The notes under the pieces are model-generated. The model ran no database searches and was not told the origin of the DNA. It saw only the letters and a program-made list of their open reading frames with translations. This document shows, piece by piece, positions 51,217 to 61,580 of a stretch of 64,000 nt of DNA (its first letter is position 1; each line of letters opens with the position of its first letter). The stretch is from Candidatus Coprovivens sp. (GTDB lineage: Bacteria; Bacillota_I; Bacilli_A; RF39; UBA660), in contig JBJFGS010000024.1 of assembly GCA_051892935.1 (NCBI GenBank), forward strand, positions 64,001-128,000, read 5' to 3'. The position numbers and the translations under genes were made by a program.

Positions 51217-52122
51217 TCAAAGGAATGGAAAGGTTTCTTTACGTTTTCCGCCGTAAACTTCATAGCAATCTGTTATTATTATAAATGCTTCTGGATCTAT
51301 TTGTTGAACAACATTTTTAAACATATAGTAATCTTTGGTGTTTAAGACACACATTATTACATCTCTTTTGTTTTTAGTATATCCACCTTCAGCTTTTAAT
51401 AATGTATAACCTGTTTTCATAGTGTTTATTAGTCCTTTTATTTCATCAGGTTTGTTAGTTGTTATATAGAATACTTTACTATTAGATATTCCTAGCATTA
51501 TTTTATCTACTATTACACTATTGATGACAATGATTATTATTCCGTATATAGCTTTGTTAATTCCAAAGACAAAAGCTCCCATGATTATTATTGCAATATT
51601 GCTAATAAAAAGAGCTATACCAGAAGAAATACTTAAATATTTATTTAGTATTTGCATTATGATATCAGAGCCACCAGTTGAATATCCCATTTTATATACT
51701 AGACCACTCCCTAAGCCATATAATAAGCCACATATTAAAGCAATTATTAACATACTATCAAATTCTAAATTGGTGGCTATATTAGCACATGGTATTGATG
51801 TTATAGATATAAATAATGGATATAATAAAGAACCAATTATTGTCATTCCAGTAGTTTTTGTTCCTAACAATATAAAACTAAATATTAATAAAAATAGTTC
51901 TACTATAAATATGAATAAGGCTGGAGATATGTTGAATAGCTCATTTATGATAATAGCTAATCCACTAGTTCCACCTGTTACTATTTCATAATGTAAAAGA
52001 AAAGTATTATATGTAATAGCCATTATAAATACGCCTATTATCATAATAAGAAGACGAGGCCAAAAGTTTTTTGATTGAACAATGTCTATTAACTCTCTAT
52101 AATCAAATTTCATATTATTCAC
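51217..52122 (-). CDS. YitT family membrane protein
   Basis: GGTSGLAI, STGGSDI, C-terminal DPEAFIII. Confidence 0.92.
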   Translation of the reverse strand: MNNMKFDYRELIDIVQSKNFWPRLLIMIIGVFIMAITYNTFLLHYEIVTGGTSGLAIIINELFNISPALFIFIVELFLLIFSFILLGTKTTGMTIIGSLLYPLFISITSIPCANIATNLEFDSMLIIALICGLLYGLGSGLVYKMGYSTGGSDIIMQILNKYLSISSGIALFISNIAIIIMGAFVFGINKAIYGIIIIVINSVIVDKIMLGISNSKVFYITTNKPDEIKGLINTMKTGYTLLKAEGGYTKNKRDVIMCVLNTKDYYMFKNVVQQIDPEAFIIITDCYEVYGGKRKETFPFL

Positions 52123-52156
52123 CTATTATGAATTATACTATAAAATGTATTTTTTG

Positions 52157-52164
52157 CATATATT
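52157..52164 (+). promoter_or_regulatory. Possible sigma-E/K-type -10 element of gerQ
   Basis: CATATATT 22 bp upstream of the ATG (consensus CATAnnnT); -35 spacing imperfect. Confidence 0.4.
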
Positions 52165-52186
52165 GATAATGAGGTGAATATTTGTA

Positions 52187-52549
52187 ATGAATGGTAATTT
52201 TTATAAGAATCCCACTTTTCCTACTCTAGATAATAAACAGAGTGATGATAATAGTTTTGAAAGTGGTTATAAAGCAGGACAATTAGCAGATATTTCTATG
52301 CAACAAAGTTATATTGAAAATATATTAAGACATAATAAAGGCAAAAAAGTTAGAGCATATGTTAGTTTTCCTGATTCTGAAGAGTGGAGAGACAGAGTTT
52401 TTGAAGGAACAATTGAACAGGCTGGTAGAGATCATTTAATAATTAGGGATCCTAAAGATGATCATTGGTATTTAATTCTTATGATTTATTTAAACTATGT
52501 TGAATTTGATGAAAAAATAGCTTATAGTGATCCAAATATTTTTGATTAA
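52187..52549 (+). CDS. gerQ: Spore coat protein GerQ
   Basis: QSYIENILRHNKGK...F-x-G-x-IEQAGRDHLII-x-DP...YLILMIYLNYV-x-FDE. Confidence 0.95.
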   Translation: MNGNFYKNPTFPTLDNKQSDDNSFESGYKAGQLADISMQQSYIENILRHNKGKKVRAYVSFPDSEEWRDRVFEGTIEQAGRDHLIIRDPKDDHWYLILMIYLNYVEFDEKIAYSDPNIFD

Positions 52550-52601
52550 TTTTATTGACAATATAAATTGATTTATATATCATTATAATGGTGAATATTA
52601 A

Positions 52602-52958
52602 GTGAAAAATATAAAGAAAAAAAATAGTAATTATGTTTTAGGTAATGTTATTTCTTTATCTTTAGGATTAAGTGGAATGCTTTATATCTTTTACAATGCA
52701 ATAATTTCTATAGCAAGTATTGGTGTAAAACTTAATGAAGAAGAAATAGCTGTTATTAATACAAAGGATGTTATTGTAAATGCCTTCAAATGGATAGCAA
52801 TTGATTCAATTATTGCTATAGTACTATTTTTGATTTTTTCTGGAATCAATTATTATTTGGTAAAGAAGGAAAGAACTGGGTTATTAAAGGTATTTGTTAT
52901 TTTTTCTATAGTAATTTTAACTTTCTGTATTATTAAAGCTATTATAATGTGTATATAA
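52602..52958 (+). CDS. Small 3-TM membrane protein
   Basis: Three hydrophobic segments; TTGACA upstream; terminator downstream. Confidence 0.7.
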   Translation: MKNIKKKNSNYVLGNVISLSLGLSGMLYIFYNAIISIASIGVKLNEEEIAVINTKDVIVNAFKWIAIDSIIAIVLFLIFSGINYYLVKKERTGLLKVFVIFSIVILTFCIIKAIIMCI

Positions 52959-52981
52959 AAAGGTCTCTTTGAGATCTTTTT

Positions 52982-53482
52982 CTAATTATAATACATGTCA
53001 AAATATTTTTTTTCTTTTCCAAGAAGTGTTGATGGACCATGACCAGGATATATTATAATGTCATCTGAATACTGTTTAAAAACTTTTAAACTATTTTTCA
53101 TATCGTTATCACTGCCACCTAAATCTGTTCTTCCTATACTTTTATAGAATATAAAATCACCGGTGAACATTGTTTTTTCTTCTTTAAAATAAAAAGTTTT
53201 AGAATCGAATGTATGACCAGGTGTTTCAATTATCTCATAATTAAAGTTTTCATATGTACTTTTATTTACTTCAATATTATAAAAACTCAATACTTCTTCT
53301 AGTGCCCCTATGTGATCTGGATGAAAATGAGTTACTAAACAACCCATTACTCTTCTATTGCCTATTGCTTTTTTTATCTTAGTGAATTCATCGCCTGGAT
53401 CAATTATTAAACATTCGTTTTCTTTTGATAATATATAACAATTTGTTTCAAGATCTCCAACAATTATTTTTTCAATATTCAT
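52982..53482 (-). CDS. MBL-fold metallohydrolase (glyoxalase II-like)
   Basis: THFHPDHIG, TPGHT, FTGD, GRTDL, PGHG. Confidence 0.93.
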   Translation of the reverse strand: MNIEKIIVGDLETNCYILSKENECLIIDPGDEFTKIKKAIGNRRVMGCLVTHFHPDHIGALEEVLSFYNIEVNKSTYENFNYEIIETPGHTFDSKTFYFKEEKTMFTGDFIFYKSIGRTDLGGSDNDMKNSLKVFKQYSDDIIIYPGHGPSTLLGKEKKYFDMYYN

Positions 53483-53570
53483 TTTAATCACCTGTTTACA
53501 TTTTATTATAAATATATTCTTTTGTAAATTTAATAATATGCTATAATTTAAGTAGAATAGAGGTTATATT

Positions 53571-54116
53571 ATGGTTATACTATATAGTTTTTTATTTATT
53601 ATTATAATTATTGGTGCTATTGGTATTCTTTATGTTTATCAATATAATAAATTACAACATTCTAAAACCAAAATTGATCATGCAGAATGTTTAATTGATG
53701 AAGCGCTTAGAAATAAATATGATATTTTAGTAGCTGCTGATAAGTTAATTAAAGCTGAAATAGGAAATGAAAAGACTTATTTTAAAGGGTTAGACAAAGT
53801 AAAAAATGAAAATATCAGTAATTTTGATTTGGATAGAAAATTAACTGAATATATTAATATATTAGAGCAGATAAAATTAGATTATCCTGATTTAAGTAAT
53901 AATAAAGGATTTAAAGATATATTATCAGATAATAAAAAGGTTAGTGAAAAATTACAAGCAGCTAAGTCATATTATAACAAGTATACTAGTGAATTAAATG
54001 ATTTGGTTAGAACTTTCCCTTCTAATATTGTCTCAAGACTTCATAGAATTGATATAAAGCCTTTCTTTGATGGAAAGAATATGGAAGATGAAATTGTTGA
54101 TGATTTTAAATTATAA
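53571..54116 (+). CDS. LemA family protein
   Basis: N-terminal TM, YNKL, YPDL, YYN...FPSNIV. Confidence 0.88.
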   Translation: MVILYSFLFIIIIIGAIGILYVYQYNKLQHSKTKIDHAECLIDEALRNKYDILVAADKLIKAEIGNEKTYFKGLDKVKNENISNFDLDRKLTEYINILEQIKLDYPDLSNNKGFKDILSDNKKVSEKLQAAKSYYNKYTSELNDLVRTFPSNIVSRLHRIDIKPFFDGKNMEDEIVDDFKL

Positions 54117-54145
54117 AATATAAACTTCTACTAAGTAGAAGTTTT

Positions 54146-54823
54146 TTAATTAAGATTCCAATCAATTTCTTTTATGTTTTTGGATTTTAAAAAATTATTT
54201 GTTTTAGAAAATGGTCTACTGCCAAAGAAGCCATTTCTTGCTGAAAATGGTGATGGATGTGGAGATGTTATTATAAGATGGTTAGGATTTGTTATGTATT
54301 TTGCTTTTTCTTTAGCAAAGTTACCCCATAATATAAATACTACTGGTTCTTCTTTTTGATTAAGAATTTTTATTATATAATCTGTTAGTAATTCCCAACC
54401 GAGGTTTCTATGAGAAGCAGGTTTATCTTTTTCTACTGTTAAAACTGCATTTAACATTAGTACTCCTTCTCTTCCCCATTTTGTAAGATCTCCTTTGGAT
54501 GCTATAGGTATACCTAAATCATCTTTTAGTTCTTTATATATATTTTGTAATGATGGAGGTATTTTTATCCCTTCTTGAACAGAAAAAGATAAGCCATGAG
54601 CTTCTCCTTCACCATGATATGGATCTTGACCTACTATAACAACTTTTGTATTTGAATATGGTGTTAGTTTTAAAGCATTAAATATATAGTCTTTTGGAGG
54701 AAAGATAGTTTTAGTTTTATATTCATTTTCTATTATTTTATAAAACTTTTTAAATCCTTCACTCTCCCAAATTATTTTTAACTTATTATCCCAATCATTC
54801 CCTATCATATAGTTCACCTTCAT
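54146..54823 (-). CDS. ung: Uracil-DNA glycosylase (family 1)
   Basis: GQDPYH, PPSLQNI, LNAVLTV, HPSP. Confidence 0.98.
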   Translation of the reverse strand: MKVNYMIGNDWDNKLKIIWESEGFKKFYKIIENEYKTKTIFPPKDYIFNALKLTPYSNTKVVIVGQDPYHGEGEAHGLSFSVQEGIKIPPSLQNIYKELKDDLGIPIASKGDLTKWGREGVLMLNAVLTVEKDKPASHRNLGWELLTDYIIKILNQKEEPVVFILWGNFAKEKAKYITNPNHLIITSPHPSPFSARNGFFGSRPFSKTNNFLKSKNIKEIDWNLN

Positions 54824-54863
54824 TTAATACTTTAACATATTTTAGATAAAATAAAAATAATCT

Positions 54864-55196
54864 TTAGAGATTATTTTGTTTAGTCTTTTCATCAGGAATT
54901 AATTCAGGAAAGTATTTCATAATTATTCTTCCAACATTTTCTACTTGCATCATTTTTATGATACGATATTCGGTTTTCCCGTAGCCATTACGTAGTTTTA
55001 AAAAGAATTCTGTATCATTTAATCTTTCCATTGTCATTCGTAGTTTTAATTCAGGTATGTATTCAGGATTTAGATATAGCATCTCGGCAAATTTAGTTGT
55101 ATACAAATATCTATTACAAGTATACATATTTTCATTAACTACTCTTTTATCATCTCTTAGGTATAACCACAATTTTTCTGGTCCTGTAATATTCAT
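54864..55196 (-). CDS. Hypothetical protein (110 aa)
   Basis: ORF with GAGGGG RBS and TTGTAT...TATAAT-type promoter upstream. Confidence 0.65.
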   Translation of the reverse strand: MNITGPEKLWLYLRDDKRVVNENMYTCNRYLYTTKFAEMLYLNPEYIPELKLRMTMERLNDTEFFLKLRNGYGKTEYRIIKMMQVENVGRIIMKYFPELIPDEKTKQNNL

Positions 55197-55298
55197 ATAT
55201 ATCCCCTCTTTTGTGTTTGGTATTATATATCAAATAAATTTAAAATACAAGTTGTTATTAGTAAACTAAAAGAGTAGTTTTAACTACTCTTTTAATTT

Positions 55299-55736
55299 TT
55301 ACTTATGATATGTTTCATTATTTAATATTTTAAATGAACGATATATTTGTTCTAAAAGAATGCCTCTGAATAGTCCATGAGGAAATGTTAATTTAGAGAA
55401 AGATAAACGGTAGTTGGCTCTTTTTTTGATATTTTGATGTAGACCATTAGAACTTCCTATTATAAAAGTTATAGTTCCATGACTTAAGAAAGTATTATCT
55501 ATCTTTTTAGCTAGAGATACTGAGTCTGGATTTTCACCATCTATATCTAGAGCAATTACATAATCTTGGTTGTTGATAAGTTTGAAGATATCAACAGATT
55601 CTTTTTCTAAGTCATTAGTATCGTTTAATTCAATTATTTCTATTTTATGATATTTAGATATTCTTTTTTTATAATCATCTATTAGTTTATTTAGGTAATC
55701 TTCTTTTATTTTACCAAGACATATTATTTTTATCAT
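55299..55736 (-). CDS. rlmH: 23S rRNA pseudouridine-1915 N3-methyltransferase
   Basis: FIIGSSNG, LSFSKLTFPH, EQIYRSFKI...YHK. Confidence 0.97.
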   Translation of the reverse strand: MIKIICLGKIKEDYLNKLIDDYKKRISKYHKIEIIELNDTNDLEKESVDIFKLINNQDYVIALDIDGENPDSVSLAKKIDNTFLSHGTITFIIGSSNGLHQNIKKRANYRLSFSKLTFPHGLFRGILLEQIYRSFKILNNETYHK

Positions 55737-56497
55737 ATTTCTATCAATTCACTTCTTTCTCTTTGTTTAGCACATTTTATATCAGTAAATTGTATTTCAT
55801 ATTCTTCAAATATTTCTTTTATTGTTGAAAGTGCTTTTTCTTCAGTATTATTTTGATGTGATAAGTGAGTCAGTAATATTTTTTTTGTTTTGGGACCAAT
55901 TATTTTAGCTAAGTATATTGAACTATCTTTATTAGATAAGTGACCATATGGTCCCATTACTCTATCTTTTAACCATTTAGGATATGGTCCATTAAGGAGC
56001 ATTTCAATATCATGGTTGCTTTCGAATAGGTAGACATCAAGATTTTCAATTTTTTTGAAGTATTTTGTATTGATGAATCCTGTATCAGTCATATATACCA
56101 TTGATTTACCATCACTTCTTATTATAAAGCTTCGTGAATCTGATGTGTCATGTGAGGTTTTTATAATTTCTACTATTGCATCATCTAATACTACAAAATC
56201 ATCATATAACATTATTTTATCATAGTATCTTAGATATTCTAATTCTGAGAACATTTTGGGACTTACACATACTGTTGGATTATATTTTTTTATTAAAGTT
56301 TTTAAGGCTTTTGTGTGATCGTCATGAATATGAGTTATAAATATATAGTCTATATCTTCTAAGCATACAGAAAGCTCAGAAAGCTTTTCTTTTATGTATT
56401 TTACGTTCATTCCAATATCTAGTAGTATTTTATGTTTTTCGGTTTCTACGTAAGTTACATTTCCCTCTGAGCCACTTGCTAAATTACAAATCTTCAT
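55733..56497 (-). CDS. walJ: WalJ/YycJ MBL-fold exonuclease
   Basis: LASGSEGN, THIHDDH, SHD, TDTG, ESNHD...GPYP, GHLSN, HLS-x-x-NN. Confidence 0.92.
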   Translation of the reverse strand: MKICNLASGSEGNVTYVETEKHKILLDIGMNVKYIKEKLSELSVCLEDIDYIFITHIHDDHTKALKTLIKKYNPTVCVSPKMFSELEYLRYYDKIMLYDDFVVLDDAIVEIIKTSHDTSDSRSFIIRSDGKSMVYMTDTGFINTKYFKKIENLDVYLFESNHDIEMLLNGPYPKWLKDRVMGPYGHLSNKDSSIYLAKIIGPKTKKILLTHLSHQNNTEEKALSTIKEIFEEYEIQFTDIKCAKQRERSELIEI

Positions 56498-56498
56498 T

Positions 56499-58001
56499 TT
56501 AACTCCATAGTTTACGAGGATCTATTGATTTTCCACCATAATATGGAGGACCTCCATAGAATACTCCAAAGTGTAAGTGAGTTCCTGTTGCGACTCCTGA
56601 TTTCCCCATTGCCGCTATTTTTTGTCTTCTTGTTACCATTTCTCCTTTTTTTACATATAGTTTAGAACAATGGGCATATACTGTATAGTAACCATTAGAG
56701 TGTTTAATTACAACATTGTATCCGGCACTATTTCCTACTATTCCTCCCCATTGTGCTTGTATAACTTCACCATCAAGTGATGCATATATTGGGGAACCAT
56801 ATCCTGTTCCTGAAATATCCATACCATCATGTAATGTTCCCCAACGATAACCGTAATTTGAAGTTATTACGTAAGGAGAGTTAGTTGGCCATGCCCAAGC
56901 TGCACCTGTGTCTATATATTCCCCCATTTGACCATCGCCAGTAAATCTAATTTTTGTTCCAACTACAGTGATTTCATTTTGGACAGCTCTTATTACTTGG
57001 GCGGTTCCAACTTGGTAAGCTCCAGCCATTTGTTCACCATTTACAAACTGAACCCTTGATGCAATTCGGTTTATACCATTTATACCAACTTGAGTAACTT
57101 TTTTATAATTATTATATTTTGTTGTATCTTTTTGAATTTCTTTTTCATATTGTTGTTCAACATCTTCTACAACGTACTCTTCATATACTAATGATAGTAT
57201 TGGGTCGATTAAGGCTACGTTTACTTTTTGGCCAATTGCAAGTAAGGTGTCTTCGCTTTCAATATTGTCATTAGCAATTAGCAATTCACTTACGTTAAGT
57301 TGATTGGCTAAAGCAATATTTTCTATTGTGTCACCTTGTTTTACTGTATACTCTTTTAGAGAAATATTTTCACCAAATAGTAAGTATTTTGTTAAATCAT
57401 TTGCATCTGTATAAATCTTTTCATCTACACTAATAAATGACTCTTTAATAGATATTTTCTCTTTGAAATTCATTGTTTCAATTATGTATCCGGTATCTAC
57501 TATTTCTGGTTGTTCTCCTGCTATATATTGCTGATATCTTTCTTTACCGATGAATGTAGTTATTACATTATATACTGCTTCTTCAAATAATTTATCATCT
57601 AAAACATATAAATATATTGGTTCGGCTCCTTCTAAATCACTTTTTATTGTTATTGTATAACCTTTAATAGTAAATTGTTTTTGATCTTTTATTTCATCGT
57701 ATACTTTTTCTACTGTGGTGATATTTTCATCATATGTGTTTTTTTGAATTATTTTAAACCCTTTTGGTGGATATACTTGTTCTACTTTATATTCATCTTT
57801 TATTTCTACTTGTTCTTTATTTATTAGAGAATATAAATCTTCTTTCGAATCTATTAATCCTATTTTTTCACCATCTAAATATACTTGATATGTAGATATT
57901 GGTTCTTCTGTTTCTTCCATATTAGCAAAACTAAAACCTAATAGAATTGTTGATAATATTGTCAATAGAGAACATATTATTAATCCTTTATATTTATTCA
58001 T
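56499..58001 (-). CDS. LysM + G5 + M23 peptidoglycan endopeptidase
   Basis: YTVKQGDT LysM, G5-like segment, HDGMD and HLHF. Confidence 0.93.
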   Translation of the reverse strand: MNKYKGLIICSLLTILSTILLGFSFANMEETEEPISTYQVYLDGEKIGLIDSKEDLYSLINKEQVEIKDEYKVEQVYPPKGFKIIQKNTYDENITTVEKVYDEIKDQKQFTIKGYTITIKSDLEGAEPIYLYVLDDKLFEEAVYNVITTFIGKERYQQYIAGEQPEIVDTGYIIETMNFKEKISIKESFISVDEKIYTDANDLTKYLLFGENISLKEYTVKQGDTIENIALANQLNVSELLIANDNIESEDTLLAIGQKVNVALIDPILSLVYEEYVVEDVEQQYEKEIQKDTTKYNNYKKVTQVGINGINRIASRVQFVNGEQMAGAYQVGTAQVIRAVQNEITVVGTKIRFTGDGQMGEYIDTGAAWAWPTNSPYVITSNYGYRWGTLHDGMDISGTGYGSPIYASLDGEVIQAQWGGIVGNSAGYNVVIKHSNGYYTVYAHCSKLYVKKGEMVTRRQKIAAMGKSGVATGTHLHFGVFYGGPPYYGGKSIDPRKLWS

Positions 58002-59355
58002 TTTCTAAACCATCCGTTTCTGTAGCTAAGTAGTTGGCAAAGTGACTAAAGTTAAGTTCAAATAAAAGTGAGAACTTTCCTGTAGATCCTTTACGATGTT
58101 TAGCTATTATAATATCTGCTGGTACGTTTTTTGATGTGTCTAATTGTTCTTTTGCTTTGTAGTAATCGCTTCGGTTGATAAATAGTACCATATCGGCATC
58201 TTGTTCAATTGAGCCTGATTCACGTAAATCTGCTAGCATTGGTTGGTTGTTTTCTCTTTTTTCAGCACTACGTGATAATTGAGCTAAAGCAATTACTGGT
58301 ACTTTTAGTTCCATGGCCATTGTTTTTAATGATCTTGAAATATCTGATACTTCTTGTTGACGTGATTCTGGTCTTTTTCCACCACTTGTTACTAATTGGA
58401 GGTAGTCTATTATTACTAGTCCTAGTCCTTCTTCTTTGTTAGCTAGATTACGACATTTTGCTTTTATTTCAGAAGCTGTAATACCAGCATCATCTACTAT
58501 TTGAATGTTTGTTTCAGCAAGCTGACTATTGGCTTCATTTATTCGTTTCCAGTCATCGTGATTCATGTTACCAGTTTGAATTTTGTATGAATCTATTCTA
58601 CCGACTGCTGAACGCATTCTATTTACTAGTTGTTCTGCTGGCATTTCTAAGTTAAATATAGCAACAGCTTTTTTGGTATTTTGAGCAGCATATGTTGCAA
58701 TATTTAATGCAAAAGCTGTTTTTCCCATACCTGGACGAGCTGCGACAATTATCATTTCGCCGGGATGTAGGCCGGCTGTAGCTTTATCTAAATCATAAAA
58801 TCCTGTTGGTAATCCTGTTATATCTGATTTATTTTGAGATAATTTTTCTAAATTTTCTTGAGCAACTGCTATAGCATCTTTTATATGTATAAAGTCGCTT
58901 GTTTGACGTTCTTTAACCACGTTAAGAATTTTCTTTTCAGCTTCATCAAGAACGTGAGTTATATCTTCATCTTCTTCATAAGCATTCGTTACAATATCAG
59001 TTGCGGTATCAATTAAGTTTCTTATTACTGATTTATCTTTTACTATTTTGATATAGTATTCTAAGTTGGCAGCTGTTGCTACTGAATCTATTACTTCGCT
59101 AATATAATCGATGCCACCTATTGCAGATAAATCTTTTTTCTTATCTAGTTCTTCTTTAACAGTTGTGATATCTACCGGTATTTTTTCGTCATAACAACGT
59201 TTTATAGCCTCAAATAGTTTACGATTTGCTTCGCTATAAAACATATCTGAGTATAGTTCTTCGCATATTTTAGTTAGAGCATTTTTATTTAAAAAAGCAC
59301 AACCTAAAACACTCATTTCAGCTTCAATGTTTTGAGGCATTTTTCTTACGGGCAT
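57994..59355 (-). CDS. dnaB: Replicative DNA helicase
   Basis: AARPGMGKT, IIDYLQL, QLSR, DLRESGSIEQDAD. Confidence 0.99.
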   Translation of the reverse strand: MPVRKMPQNIEAEMSVLGCAFLNKNALTKICEELYSDMFYSEANRKLFEAIKRCYDEKIPVDITTVKEELDKKKDLSAIGGIDYISEVIDSVATAANLEYYIKIVKDKSVIRNLIDTATDIVTNAYEEDEDITHVLDEAEKKILNVVKERQTSDFIHIKDAIAVAQENLEKLSQNKSDITGLPTGFYDLDKATAGLHPGEMIIVAARPGMGKTAFALNIATYAAQNTKKAVAIFNLEMPAEQLVNRMRSAVGRIDSYKIQTGNMNHDDWKRINEANSQLAETNIQIVDDAGITASEIKAKCRNLANKEEGLGLVIIDYLQLVTSGGKRPESRQQEVSDISRSLKTMAMELKVPVIALAQLSRSAEKRENNQPMLADLRESGSIEQDADMVLFINRSDYYKAKEQLDTSKNVPADIIIAKHRKGSTGKFSLLFELNFSHFANYLATETDGLENE

Positions 59356-59388
59356 TCTATCACCTACTTCCAGTAATTATTTAATCGT

Positions 59389-59829
59389 TTATTTTTTTAG
59401 TGTTACTCTTACTTCTGCTTTTACTTTCTTATGTAATTCTATTGTTACATTGTGTGTTCCTAAACAATCTAGAGCGTGATCTAAGCAGATTTTCTTTTTA
59501 TCTATATTGAATCCTTTTTTCTTTAGTTCTTCACATATTTGTTTTGAAGATACAGTACCAAATACTTTGTCTTGTTCTCCTGTTTTAACTTTTATTGCTA
59601 TTTCGATATCTTTTAGTTTTTCAGCTATTTCTTTACATTCTTCAACAAAAGCAGCTTCGGCAGCTTTTCTTTTATCAAGTTCTCTATCTAGAGCTTTAGT
59701 GTTGGTTGATGTAGCTGGTACTGCAAGTCCATTTTTGATTAAAAAGTTTCTTGCATAGCCATCGCTAACATTGATAATTTGATCTTTTTTACCTTGTTTT
59801 TTTACATCTTGTAATAAAATAACCTTCAT
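59389..59829 (-). CDS. rplI: 50S ribosomal protein L9
   Basis: [23 protein letters not shown]. Confidence 0.98.
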   Translation of the reverse strand: MKVILLQDVKKQGKKDQIINVSDGYARNFLIKNGLAVPATSTNTKALDRELDKRKAAEAAFVEECKEIAEKLKDIEIAIKVKTGEQDKVFGTVSSKQICEELKKKGFNIDKKKICLDHALDCLGTHNVTIELHKKVKAEVRVTLKK

Positions 59830-60130
59830 AGATTTCACTCCTTTTTAATAGATTTCTGTCTTTAATTATATCAAATAATAGAGAAATAATAAATAGTTAG
59901 GGATTTTTCTTTCTTTGGTGTGTTATTATACTATGAAATAGAATAAAAATAAATGCGTTTTCTAAAATAACAAAAAGATTATAAACATTATGTCTATAAT
60001 CTTTTGTATGATCGAATATTTGATTATTCTTTTATTGCTATATCTATTTTGATACTTGTTGGTAAAATAATCTTATATTTTGTAGTCTACTTTATTATCT
60101 ATGAGATATAAGTAAATTATTTAATAATAT

Positions 60131-61396
60131 TTATTTGTATCTTCGCTCTATATACGATACTATATCTTTTTCTGTATTTTCGACGTTTTGTTTTAATATT
60201 TGTTTTATCACATCATCTATAATAATTTTTAATTTTTTTCTTCGTATTCCTAATTGATTAATTTTTTCTATGTTAATTTGAAGATTTTCTGTTACCATAA
60301 TATATCCAAGATATATCTTTTCAAGATTTTCTAATTCTTCTAATACAGTAAGTGCTAAATATGGGTTTTGTCCTTTATTATCAGCTTTTTTTAATTCAAA
60401 TAGTAGCTTTGTAAAATCAATTCCGTTTTCTTTAATAAATTGACATATTTTTTCTGGTTCTCTACTCAGTGTCATATCATGTTTTTCAATTAGTTGTCTA
60501 ACTATTTTTTTTGTTTTATTATCCATTTTTAATCTTGATGAAATATTATCAAATATTTGAGCACTTACTTCTTGATGACCATAAAAGTGTCCTTTACCAT
60601 CTTCTCCTATAAAGAATGTTTTGGGTTTTCCGATATCATGAAAAAGTGCTGCAAATCTTACAAAGATGTTCTTAGGTGTATTTTCCAATACTACCAAGGT
60701 GTGTTCTAGTACATCGTATATATGCCAAGGATTCTGTTGTTCAAAGCCTTGTAATGGTTTTAGTTCAGGTAGTATTTGAAAAAATATATTAATATTATCT
60801 CTTATGTATTTTGCTGGATTATCTGTAATAAGAATTTGAATTAATTCTCTATAGATTCTTTCGGCAGCGACACTTTCTAATAAATTTTTATTTTTTAACA
60901 TTTCTTTTTGACAATTTTCATCTATAGAAAAATTCATTCTAGCAGCAATTCGAATAGCTCTTAGAATTCTTAATGGATCTATTATAAAAGCTTCGCCAGT
61001 TTGTCTTATCAATGACATTTCTTTCTTGTTTAATGATTCTATTCCATTAAAAGGATCTATTATTCGACCATCCTTATCCATTGCTATTGCATTTATTGTA
61101 AAGTCTCTATTACTTAAATCTTCTAATAATGAAGCACCTTTAAATTCTGATATCTCAATTTCTAAGTTGTTTAATCTCATAACTCCAGTATTTCTATTAT
61201 TATTTGGTTTCATTAGATGAAAATTTGGATATAAAGTTTTTATTTCTGTTAAAGGCATATTAGTGCATATATCAAAATCTTTGTTTTCTTTACCTAATAG
61301 AGAATCTCTTACTGCTCCACCTACTAAGTAAGCTTCATAACCTTTTTTATTTATTTCTTTTAATATATCTATTATACTTTCGGATACATTAATCAT
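60131..61396 (-). CDS. Class II tRNA nucleotidyltransferase with HD domain; flexible loop deleted (CC-adding-like)
   Basis: VGGAVRD, DFD, RDFTINAIA, DPLRILR, ER, H...HT...LFHDIGK. Confidence 0.9.
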   Translation of the reverse strand: MINVSESIIDILKEINKKGYEAYLVGGAVRDSLLGKENKDFDICTNMPLTEIKTLYPNFHLMKPNNNRNTGVMRLNNLEIEISEFKGASLLEDLSNRDFTINAIAMDKDGRIIDPFNGIESLNKKEMSLIRQTGEAFIIDPLRILRAIRIAARMNFSIDENCQKEMLKNKNLLESVAAERIYRELIQILITDNPAKYIRDNINIFFQILPELKPLQGFEQQNPWHIYDVLEHTLVVLENTPKNIFVRFAALFHDIGKPKTFFIGEDGKGHFYGHQEVSAQIFDNISSRLKMDNKTKKIVRQLIEKHDMTLSREPEKICQFIKENGIDFTKLLFELKKADNKGQNPYLALTVLEELENLEKIYLGYIMVTENLQINIEKINQLGIRRKKLKIIIDDVIKQILKQNVENTEKDIVSYIERRYK

Positions 61397-61580
61397 AGAA
61401 TCACCTATTTTTATTATATTATAAATCATATTTTACTTAAACTTTATTTACTATTACTTAACAACTAAAAACTTAATAATTAATCATTGTTTATAAAATA
61501 TGTTACTATATAAAATACACAAATAAAAATTGTAATATCTTACTATTTTAGTGTGATATAATTTTAATGAAGGTGATATT

